From NCBI GenBank assembly GCA_964016885.1, contig OZ024741.1, positions 239,196,001 to 239,260,000 on the forward strand: a DNA stretch of 64,000 nucleotides. Reading direction: 5' to 3'. How positions within the stretch are numbered: position 1 is the first letter of the stretch; the number at the start of each line of letters is the position of its first letter. Both the position numbers and the translations under genes were made by a program. Under the pieces are notes generated by a model. It was not told the DNA's origin. It saw nothing but the letters and a program-made list of their open reading frames with translations, and did no database searches. This DNA comes from Eledone cirrhosa (Eukaryota). Below are positions 13,290 through 25,027 of the stretch, piece after piece.

Positions 13290-13635
13290 TCATTCATCAT
13301 CATCCTTTCATTTTACGTCCACTTTTCCCTGCTTGTAAGGGGTGGGACGGGAACTGATTCTGGCCTGATTTCTACAGCTGGATGCCCTTCCTAACACCAA
13401 CCTCATTTACAGTGAGTGCTGGGTGCTTTTAAGCCGTGGCACCTCCACGACCACTTTGCAGTGGAATGATAGAGACCCCAGTCCCTATCATCTCATTTCT
13501 ACAGCTGAGTAAACTGGAGCAATGTGAAATAAAGTGTCTTGCTCAAGGAAACAACACATCACCCGGTCTGAGAATTGAACTCACAACCTTTCGATTGCAA
13601 GGCCAATGCTCTAACCACTAAGCCATGTGCCTCCA
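13290..13635 (-). mobile_element. SINE family B copy
   Basis: Near-identical to 56020-56358. Confidence 0.85.
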
Positions 13636-14126
13636 TATATATATACATATAAATACATATGCATATATATATACATATATATATATACATATATATATAT
13701 ATGTGTGCATATATATATATATGACACAGATCTGAGACCTCTGGCGTTACGCAATAATACAGAAGACCCAACTTTCCATGGGTACAAGCCAAAGCTGAAG
13801 CATTTAGACAGCATGCCCCCCACCCCCTCCCACTGTAAAGTGGTCGTGTAGGAGTCACAACAAAAACGCACTCAGTTCACCCTGTAAAGTGGTCGTGTAG
13901 GTGCCACAGTAAAAAACATCCACCACTCACTGTAAATGAGGTTGGTGTTAGGAGGGATATCCAGCTGTAGAAATCAAGCCAAAATCAGTTCTGTATGAGC
14001 AAGACATTGTCACCTGACCTGGCATTGCCCACAATAGGACAACCCGTCTAACCCATGCTAGCATGGAAGAATGGCTGTAAAATGCTGATGATGATATATA
14101 CATTTATATTCAGGCTAAAAAGTGAG

Positions 14127-14176
14127 TCTTGTTACTCTGGAGTTTCACCTGTTTATCACAGGGTCATCAGACAAGA
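14127..14176 (-). ncRNA. Type I hammerhead ribozyme (Penelope/retrozyme-type minimal motif)
   Basis: Minus strand: UCUUGU-CUGAUGA-C CCUGU GAUAA ACAGG U-GAAA-CUC CA GAG-UA|ACAAGA. Stem I 6 bp, stem II 5 bp, quasi-palindromic stem III, GUA triplet. Confidence 0.85.
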
Positions 14177-14182
14177 AATAAT

Positions 14183-14373
14183 TGTTTCTATTTTAGGCAC
14201 AAGGCCAGCAATTACCCAGTACATTACGGGTACTTTATTTTATCGACCCCGTAAGGATGAAAGGCAACGTTAATCTCGGCGGGATTTGAACTCAGATCGT
14301 AAAGGAATGTAACTATGCTGGAAAGCATGGCGTCCGACCCTCTACCAATACTGCCAATCCACCACCAATCCAC
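14183..14373 (-). mobile_element. SINE family A inserted beside the hammerhead, 18-bp TSD
   Basis: TSD catcagacaagaaataat at 14165 and 14374. Confidence 0.88.
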
Positions 14374-15089
14374 CATCAGACAAGAAATAATGTTTCAATA
14401 GCAGACACAATATAAATAAATAAGACACGGGGTGGGTAAAGGAGGATTTAATTGAGAAGGGGTAATTATGATAGGATGGGTAGGGTCATTGTGGCAGTGG
14501 GGGTGTGTGGAAGAAGAAGGCGATAAAGGATAGTAGTGGCTGTAGCCATAGAGAATAGCAATTTAGCCATAGAAATTTCACTGGTCAGGAAAAGGCAGCT
14601 GGTGAATGTGGAGGTGGGTGTATAGGGGGTTAGTGAAAAAGTTGGTGTGATTTGTGGATACACACACACACATGCATATACTTATATACGCTTATACATT
14701 CAATATACATATGTACATAGATATACATGTGCATAAACTTACATACACATAATATATATATATATATATATATATACATTAACATGCATACATACATAAA
14801 CATACATACATAAATAAATATGTACATATATATATATATATATATATAATATAATGAAATGACAGGAGGCTGGATTTGTGTAAATCCTTGAAAGGTATAA
14901 TAAACCTTTCAAGGATTTACACAAATCCAGCCTCCTGTCATTTCATTATAATATTTAACTCCGTAATAGCACCACCAACTACAAAAACAAAGACGGTTGA
15001 ACTGCTTTACGTTGAGTACTCTCTATATTATTGCATTACGATTGACCATACGGAATAGACCAGCTCTATACAGTGGTGAACCTCAAACC

Positions 15090-15119
<30 letters not shown>

Positions 15120-15124
<5 letters not shown>

Positions 15125-16588
15125 GTAGTATAAAGTTAGATTGCCGTTTTATCCAATTTGACATCAGCAGCTACTTTTCTTCCATCATGTTACCACTCCA
15201 TCTTAGAGCTGTTAATTTTGCCAATACGCTTACAGTGATTAAGGATTTCAAAGTTGATGTCATCTTAAATGCTTGTAAGTCTGCAATAAATTTTGATAAC
15301 TCTATTTGGCTTAAAAAATCAAATAGTACTCTCTGTGACATGAGCATGGGTGCCAGCAATTTGGTGGAGGTCACAGACGTTATTGGTCTATTTTTGTGCT
15401 TTTCCACCAAGGATGAATTCTCTAATCTAGGCAGGGGTCTGTACCATGAGAATGGTCTTTGACTATGACTAAGTGTGGATTCTGAGCTATCAATAGGTTT
15501 AGAAAGGAGCTTATCACTTTCTTTAAAGGTTTCAACCTTTCCATTCAAGTTGAGGCCAACATTTCTGTCATGTGAATTTCCTCTATGTGACACTGTATAG
15601 AAAGCCTAAAGACATGTTAAATTACATGAGTAAACATTCTAACCAGCCAGCCAGCATAACTAAAAATCTGGTAGAAAATGTCTCATTGAGGTTTCTTCGT
15701 TTATCAGCTATTGATCATTGCTCATATGACAATGAAGCTCTAGCTCAGAGCAGATTTTTAGATAAGCTAGAATACACTAACTACAAGCAAAAACCTAAGA
15801 AAAATATATCTAGACCCACCATATGGTATAACCCACTATATAATAGCTAAAGCCTTTCTTACTGTAATTAAGAAGCATTTCCCCTTAGCACATAACTGTT
15901 TCTACTTTAGGCACAAGGCCAGCAATCACCCAGTGCATTACTGGTACTTTATTTTATCGACCCCGTAAGGATGAAAGGCAAAGTCAACCTCGGCGGGATT
16001 TGAACTCAGATCGTAAAGGGACGTAACTATGCTGGAAAGCATGGTGTCTGACCCTCTACCGATACTGCCGTGTCTATAATTTTTATACACTATATCTTCC
16101 TTTATGCATGCATCCACACAGGTAAGCCCATACTTATGGTCTTATTATTATTATTACTTTTACTATTATTCTTAATACCTTCAGCATTTTTGTTTTGTCA
16201 TTTTACTTTTATTTTATTTTTACTTTTATTAACATCATTTTCCATATATGGTAGCTGGAAATTATTCACCTATTCTAAAACGAATATTACTCTCCTGATT
16301 TTTTCATAGTAAGAATGTGATTTTTTCATAAGAATAAGTTTTTTTCCATAGCAAGAATTTGTTCTTCTCCTTCCACATAATGACATAATTGTCCTTGCAT
16401 ACATTTCACCCATCTCAAGAGAACATCTTCAGGCACTACCGTTAAGTCTTATGGTTTTCTAAAGGCAATATTTGGTTGTAACTTTTTCAAAATATTTACT
16501 TCTGCATCTACAGATTGATTTTTATCAGTTTCATAAGATCCCACTTATGATGAAAGCAGAAATGCATTACTTAGACTTCTAATCTGTA

Positions 16589-16590
<2 letters not shown>
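15120..16590 (+). mobile_element. Decayed Penelope-like retroelement (RT remnant and putative 3' region), interrupted by a SINE
   Basis: Peptides FIQFDISSYFSSI, IWLKKSN..CDMSMGASNLVEVTDVIGLFL..GLYHENGL and NFLYVTL/YRKP..NYMSKHSNQPASITKNL resemble PLE RT motifs (FDV.MGS.DGAE, GLYRDDGL, Y...SNHP). 16370-16590 is homologous to 12730-12960. Confidence 0.75.
15895..16068 (-). mobile_element. SINE family A
   Basis: Matches the reverse complement of 61932-62115. Confidence 0.85.
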
Positions 16591-16623
<33 letters not shown>

Positions 16624-16944
16624 ACAAGGCTCAGATTCACTCAGGGAAATTACCTTGCTCAGTATGCAGAAAAGAAGCAGGTAGAAATTATGTACTATGT
16701 CTCAAATGCAAATTATGTGTACACAAGAGATGTAGTGGGATCTCTGGTAGGCTAGTAAAGAACGTGAGTTTTACATGTGGCCAATGCACAGGTGCAGTAC
16801 ATAACAAGAGCCCAAAGGATACTAGCTCTTTCAAATGCCAAGAGGGCTCTGTAGTAGTAGATAGTTTCTGTTATCTGGGTGACAACATTTTTTATTTTTT
16901 ATTTAAATATGGCAAAACCGGCCATTAATCACTCGCATACAGGA

Positions 16945-17055
16945 AACTGACTGGCCAGTCTGCTGATATGCAAATCTGGCTGATCAGTGGATCTGCTAAT
17001 ATGCAGATCTAACTGATCAGCCAGTCTGCTAATATGCAAATCAGGCCGATCAGTC
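16945..17055. repeat. Three 34-bp tandem units containing ATGCAAAT/ATGCAGAT
   Basis: ctgatcagccagtctgctaatatgcaaatc repeated. Confidence 0.75.
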
Positions 17056-17425
17056 ACTGTATATTTTAGAAAATATATATTTTCACTAGCTCTGACTGTT
17101 GGCAGATGAACAGGTGAGTCTAAAGGCTGCTAATCACTCGAAGCTGTGTCACTCGACCTTAAATACAGTGTTTACCTCTGAAAAATATAATGATAAAGAG
17201 GTAAAGAAGTTTCATGTTAGTATTACCTCCACCCTCACACCTTTATACATACACTTACTCACCACCACCACCACTATTATCAACTATTCTATTCTGTACT
17301 TACATTTTTTTTACTTTTTACATCTGTAACTTCTTTACCTCTTTATCATTATATCTTATTATTGATGTTATTGTTCTGATTCTACGTTGTATCTATATAT
17401 ACCAATGCCATATGTGAGTTCTCTG

Positions 17426-17536
17426 GTATTCTGAGGATTTGATCAGAGGTAAACACTGTATTTAAGGTCTAGTGATGCAACTTTGAGTGATTAGAGGCCT
17501 TTAGACTCACCTGATCAATGAAACAATTGTTAATAC
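17426..17536 (+). ncRNA. Type I hammerhead ribozyme with long stem II insertion
   Basis: GUAUU-CUGAGGA-U UUGAUCAG(64 nt)CUGAUCAA U-GAAA-CAAUUG-UU|AAUAC. Stem I 5 bp, stem II 8 bp, palindromic stem III ACAAUUGU. Confidence 0.75.
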
Positions 17537-17589
17537 TTGAAATAAAACCCCTTGATGTACAGCCAACCATGTTATTCTTTATTCTCTCA

Positions 17590-19149
17590 CTATCATCATC
17601 ATCATTTTACGTCCGCTCTTCCCTGCTTGCAAGGGTGGGACGGGTCTTATTCAGCACAGCATCTCTCCACTTGTCACGGTCCTTCGTCATCTCCTCCGTG
17701 AGCTTCAGCGATCTGAGGTCTGTTCTCAGCCCATGTTTTTCGTGGTCTACCTCTACCACATCTTCCTTCAACTGGCATTTCCTGGCACTTCTTCACCCAT
17801 CGGCCATCCTCCATGCGCATCACATGTCCATACCACCTCAGTCTCCTCTCCCGTACACTACATTCTATCCCTCTCAGACACAGTTTCTCTCTCAACACAT
17901 TCATGCTGGGTCGTTCACGCACATTGACACTGCAGATCCAATGGAGTATGCTTGCCTCATTTCTCTCCAGTCGTCGCATATCCTCTGCAGTTGCTGCCCA
18001 TGTTTCACTACCATGCAGCATCGTGCTCCTCACACAGGCATCATATAACCGGCCTTTCGTACGCAGGGAGAAACCCTTCTTCATCAGCAGAGAAAGCAGC
18101 TCCCTAAACTTCTTCCAACTCGTCCTTATTCTAGATACTATGGTCTCGGAACCCCCCCCCCCTCCCTCCCATGCTAATCTGATCTCCTAGGTACTGGAAA
18201 CTATCCACCACTTCTATAGCACCCGCCTGCATTTGAAAAATGTGTCTATCAATGCGACTTCTACTGTCTAATTTCCCTGTACATCTACTGCATGCATATT
18301 TCTCCCTACCTGTTAGTTTGCCTGCTATCCCCCTACATCTCTTGTGTACCCAGGATCTGCATTGTTTGTATTTTATAAAATTTATGCCAGTTCCTTTTCT
18401 GCATATCGAACATGGCCATATCCCTGACGGAATCAGAGTTGTCCTCTTTTCTACTCATCAACACTTTTGTCTTAGCTAAGTTCACTCTCAGTCCTCTTGC
18501 TTCCAACTGCTGTTTCCATTGCAAGAATTTATTCTCTAGCTTCTCTACTAGTTCTGCTATAAGAACTAGATCATCAGCATAGAGAAGTTCCCATGGACAG
18601 CCAGTCTTAAACTCCTCTGTTATGGCTTGGAGGACTATAATGAACAAGAGTGGGCTGAGGACCGAACCTTGATGTACTCCTCCTTGTATCTGGAATTCCT
18701 CACTAAACTCCATTCCTACCCTGACTTTACTGACAGTACCTCTGTACATAGCTTGCACTGTCCTCACAAGCCATTCCTCAACACCTAGTTTCCTTAGGGA
18801 CCACCAGATGACAGATCGGGGTACCCTATCAAAAGCCTTCTCTAGGTCAACAAAGGCTAAGTATAGTGGCTTATTTTTCTCTAAGAACCTTTTTTGTAAT
18901 TGTCTCACCAAGAAGAGGGCATCTGTTGTACTTTTCCCAGGCACAAAACCAAACTGCATCTCATCTAGTTTGACCCTTTCTCTAATTAGTTGTGCTAATA
19001 TCCTCTCGGCCACTTTCATAACCTGATCCATCAGTTTTATACTCCTATAATTGCTCCTCTCCAGAGCATCCCCTTTACCTTTGTAGCAATTTATGAGAAT
19101 ACTGCTGCACCAGTCTTTGGGTATGACACCACCATAAATAGCCTCATTG
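17590..19149 (-). mobile_element. 5'-truncated, frameshifted RTE LINE (second subfamily)
   Basis: ORFs 18333..19265 (YKGKGD..NYRSIKL, QFGF, DLEKAFD, YADD) and 17674..18084 (MLHGSETW, RLRWYGHV, GRPRKTW); (GAT)n tail at 17590. Confidence 0.92.
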
Positions 19150-19180
19150 ATATATATATATATATATACATATATATACA

Positions 19181-19222
<42 letters not shown>

Positions 19223-19231
19223 TATATTTAC

Positions 19232-19262
<31 letters not shown>

Positions 19263-19265
19263 CAT

Positions 19266-20094
19266 ATCTATCTAAGGCGGGTAAAATTCCCGAGATCCAT
19301 GGACGAGTTCTCTCCAGCGTTCTCTCTCCCTCATTATTGCTGCCATGTCCTCCGTCTCCAACAGACCAGTGTCTGTTCTTAGGGCATCAACATACGTTAA
19401 CCTTGGTCTTCCACTTCTAGTGTGTCCATGTAGGGGCTCCCACAGGAGCACTGAGTGCAATGTCAACTCTGGATGTCGGTGAGCATGTCCAGCTCACCTC
19501 AGTCTCTTCTGTGTCACTTTTGAGCTGACACTGCATCCAGTGGCAAGGCTCGAGTTCGGGAGTTCAGGAGTTGTGGGGAATGTGGAGTTACCCCTTAGTT
19601 GTCATAACTCCCAGGTCTGCCCTGGCCCGGGGTGGTAGTACCTGTTAGGGCTCCATTTATGGGTTAAATAACTACCTTATTCGAGTGGCGGCGGTAAGGT
19701 ATTGTCAGCCATTGAAAAGAAATATGGAGAGTCGATCTAACAGCACTAGGGTTAGAGCCCCTAATTACACTGTCAAGGAGCAGTCTGGTCGTTATGACTC
19801 TGCTGGCTTAGAGCCACAGAGAGGGCCAGTGGATGATGGATCAGCTGTCTCTGAGACAAATATAAAGAATGCAGTTTTGTCCTGCAGACGAGCCATCAAA
19901 ATGGGCACTTTGAATGTGAGGACTATTCGGACGCTGGAGAAGAGAGAGGAGTTGGGACATCTGTTCGAGGAGAGTGGTATACAGATACTTGCGATCCAAG
20001 AACACAGGATCCTACAGGATGAGCCTGTGAGGAGTGTGATGATCGGGAAGAGGAGCCAGCTCATCACTACATTGGCAGTGAAGAACACAACAAA

Positions 20095-20095
<1 letters not shown>
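19266..20095. mobile_element. Rearranged RTE-type LINE: minus-strand 3' end (19266-19530) fused to plus-strand 5' UTR and AP-endonuclease start (19530-20095)
   Basis: [27 protein letters not shown] on minus; [19 protein letters not shown] endonuclease motifs on plus. Confidence 0.8.
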
Positions 20096-20144
<49 letters not shown>

Positions 20145-20327
20145 CATATACATATATATACATATATATATATACATATACATATATATATATACATACA
20201 TATATATATATATACATATATACATATACATATATATATACATATACATATACATATACATATATATATATACATACATATATATATATATACATATATA
20301 TATACATATATATATATATACATATAC

Positions 20328-20359
<32 letters not shown>

Positions 20360-20722
20360 ATATATACATACATATATATATATACATATACATACATATA
20401 TATATATACATATATATACATATACATATATACATTTATATATGCATATATATATATACATATATACATATATATATACATATATACATATACATATATA
20501 TATATACATTTATATATGCATATATATATATACATATGTTGGTGTTAGGAAGGGCATCCAGCCGTAGAAAACCTGCCAGACAGTCCTATACGAGCGAGAC
20601 AGTCACCCGACCAACCTTGCCTCAAGTGGGACAACTCCCGTCTAACCCATGCTAGTGTGAAAGATGGACGTTAAACGAAGATGATGATGATAATAATATA
20701 AAATACATATGTATATATATAT

Positions 20723-21610
20723 ATGGGCCACAACAGGTTTCTCTCTAAAAATGAAAGGCAGATTGTATGATGCCTGTATACAAACATCAATGCTACATGG
20801 CAGTGAGACATGGGCATTACGTGCAGAGGACCTGCGCAGACTGGAAAGGAACGAAGCATGCATGCTCCGTCGGATGTGTAATAGTAATATATGTGAACGG
20901 CAAAACATAAATGAACTAAGTGAGAAATTATGAATAAGAGGGATCAGATGCTGTTTACTCGAGAGAAGACTACGTTGGTATGGTCACGTGATGCACATGA
21001 AAGATGACAGCTGTATAAAAAAGTGCAGGGCAATCAAAATTGATGGTAGTTACGGAGTAGGTAGACCCAGAAAAGCCTGGGACAATTTGATAAATTCCGA
21101 CCTCACACACTTGCACCTCTCTAAGATAATGTCACTGGACCGAGATCTTTGGTGCCACGCAGTAATACAGAAGACCTGCCTTGCCTATGTACAAAGTGAA
21201 ACCTAGTCAGTAGGCACCTCTTAACCAAATATACACCCCAATCCACTACCCCTACTCCATCCTCCCACTCCCACCAACACCACCTTCTCTCTGTAAAGTT
21301 ATGTTGGTATCACAACATCCAGTCCAAATAAATGAGATAATGAGATTGAGATCGTGTAGGTGTCACAACAAAAAAAACGCACAGTCCACGCTGTAATGTG
21401 GTTGTGTAGGTGACATGGTAAAAAGTTCCCAGTTCCACACTGTAAATGTGGTTGGTGTTAGGAAGGGCATCCAGCTGCAGAAAACCTGTCAGATAGCCCT
21501 ATATGAGCGAGACACGGTCACCCGACCAACCTTGCCTCAAATTGGGACAACTCCCGTCTAACCCAAGCTAGCGAGGGAGATGGACATTAAAAGATAATGA
21601 TGATGATGAT
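20723..21610 (+). mobile_element. RTE LINE 3' fragment with in-frame stop and 3' UTR
   Basis: GFSLKMKGRLYDAC..MLHGSETW..; GRPRKAW; (GAT)n tail. Confidence 0.88.
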
Positions 21611-21620
21611 ATATATATAC

Positions 21621-21672
<52 letters not shown>

Positions 21673-21686
21673 AGAAAATTTTCCAT

Positions 21687-21732
21687 ACAGTACTGATGAA
21701 GGGCGATACCCAGAAACATTAGTGTCTGCAGT
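21687..21732 (+). ncRNA. Type I hammerhead ribozyme candidate
   Basis: ACAGUA-CUGAUGA-A GGG CGAUA CCC A-GAAA-CA UUAG UG-UC|UGCAGU. GUC triplet; stem I has one mismatch and one wobble. Confidence 0.6.
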
Positions 21733-22286
21733 TCTGTTTACATGCCAACACAAGAGCAAGAATGAAGAGTTCATTCTACTGACATGGCTATAAAAATGAG
21801 GCTTGTTTGCATAATTGCAAACAATCGAATGTTATTAATATTTGAAAGACTCAGATTACATTTATTGTATTCAGCCAGAGTTGCAGGTGTTATATCAGAG
21901 TTTTCCTTCTCCTAGAATTCTGCCTTGACAAAGGCTAAGGGGTCATCTCTCTCAGTGATTTTGGATGGCCATTGACTCTTAAGAGCTCCTTTGCCCTTTG
22001 ACAGGTTTTGTTTTTAGTCCTGCAGGATTTTCAAAGTCACCCTCCTCACCAGAAACCTTGGTGGGGTTGCCAGTTTAGTCGCCAATGACCCGACAATGAA
22101 ACAGGTGTATATATATGTGTACACATGTACACACATAGACATATATATACATACATACACACACATATATACACACACATATACATATATGTACACATAT
22201 ATACACATACATATACATACATATATATATATATATATACATATACACACATACATGCATATATATATACATATATACACACATAT

Positions 22287-22319
<33 letters not shown>

Positions 22320-23238
22320 CATATACACATATACACACACATATACATATATACACACACACATACATACACATACATATATACACACACATGATCTATA
22401 TATACCTATATATATCTACACATATACATACATATATACACATACATACATATATACACATATATACATATATACACATACACATACATATATATACACA
22501 TACATAACATACACATATATATACATACATACACATATATACATACACACATATATATACATATATATATACACACACATATACGTATACACACATATAT
22601 ACATATATATACATATACACACACATATATACATATATATATACACATACATATATATAGACACATATACACACATATACATATATACACACATATACAC
22701 ATATACATATATATACACATATACATACATATACACATATAAATATATATACACATATATACATATATACATATATACATATATACATATACATACATAT
22801 ACACATACATACACATATATACATATACATTTACATACACACATATACATATATACATGGTGGCTGCCAACTCGTTTTCGAGTACGGTCACTACTTTATA
22901 TCCATGTAGGAGAACTCCTACCGATGCGCTGAACGAGTGTGACATTTTAGTCCAGCCAGCGACTTAAAAACTCTGGTACAAACACTACACTTGTGACAAT
23001 TATTGACACATAGTGCTTTGCCTTTGGTACCATGTGACGACAAGTGCAGAGAGATCTCCAGATATAAAGCAATGCCTGTGCCGTGAAGCTTTTATAGTGA
23101 GCAAAGGCACTGCACAAAGCCAGTACATATATATACATATATACATACATATATATATATACATATATACATATATATACATATATACATACATATATAT
23201 ATATACATATATACATACATATACATATATATACATAC

Positions 23239-23269
<31 letters not shown>

Positions 23270-23433
23270 CATATATACATACGTATACATATATACATAC
23301 ATATATATATATACATACATATATATATATACATACATATATATATATATATATATACATATATACATACATATATATATATACATATATATATATATAC
23401 ATATATATATATACATATATATATATACATATA

Positions 23434-23464
<31 letters not shown>

Positions 23465-23536
23465 ATACATATATATATATACATATATATATATACATAT
23501 ATACATACATATATATATATACATATATATATATAC

Positions 23537-23567
<31 letters not shown>

Positions 23568-23583
23568 CATATATATACATATA

Positions 23584-23614
<31 letters not shown>

Positions 23615-24436
23615 ATACATATATACATACATATATATATACATATATACATATATATATATATACATATATACATATATATATATATACATATATATAT
23701 ATACATACATATATACATACATATATATATATATACATATATATATATACATACATATATACATACATATACATATATATACATATATATATATATACAT
23801 ATATATATACATACGTATATATATATATACATATATATATATATACATATATATATACATATGTATATATATATATACATATATATATATACATACGTAT
23901 ATATATATACATATATATATACATATATATATATACATACGTATATATATATATACATATGTATATATATATATATATACGTATATATATATATATATAC
24001 GTATATATATATATATATATATACGTATATATATATATACATACATATATATATATATGCACATATATATATATATACACACATATATATATATATACAT
24101 ACATATATATATACACATATATATATACACACATATATATATATACATATACATATACACACATATATATATATATACATATACACACATATATATATAT
24201 ACATAAACACACATATATATATACACATATACACACATATATATATATACATATACACACATATATATATATACATATACACACATATATATATATACAT
24301 ATACATATATATATCTACATACATATATATATATACATATACATACATATATATATATACATACATACATATATATATATATACATACATACATATATAT
24401 ACATATATATATACATACATATATATATACATACAT

Positions 24437-24636
24437 NNNNNNNNNNNNNNNNNNNNNNNNNNNNNNNNNNNNNNNNNNNNNNNNNNNNNNNNNNNNNNNN
24501 NNNNNNNNNNNNNNNNNNNNNNNNNNNNNNNNNNNNNNNNNNNNNNNNNNNNNNNNNNNNNNNNNNNNNNNNNNNNNNNNNNNNNNNNNNNNNNNNNNNN
24601 NNNNNNNNNNNNNNNNNNNNNNNNNNNNNNNNNNNN
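24437..24636. other. Assembly gap (200 N)
   Basis: Run of N of round length inside the microsatellite. Confidence 0.99.
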
Positions 24637-24774
24637 TATTTATATTACAACACAACGGAAAATACTGTATATATATATACATATATATATCTGTACATAT
24701 ATATACATATATATATCTGTACATATATATACATATATATATCTGTGCATATATATACATATATATATCTGTAC

Positions 24775-24931
<157 letters not shown>

Positions 24932-25027
24932 CATATATATATATATATATACATACATATATATATATATATATACATACATATATATATATATATATAC
25001 ATACATATATATATATATATATACATA

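Noticed and set aside
16395-16440. Minus-strand CUGAAGA...GAAA
   Set aside because: Poor stem II, no stem I or III, and not conserved in the homologous segments at 12645-12680 and 12785-12815.
17470-17495. SECIS-like or C/D-box reading of the paired TGAT motifs inside the hammerhead insertion
   Set aside because: Spacing too short for SECIS helix II plus apical loop; no proper C/D boxes.
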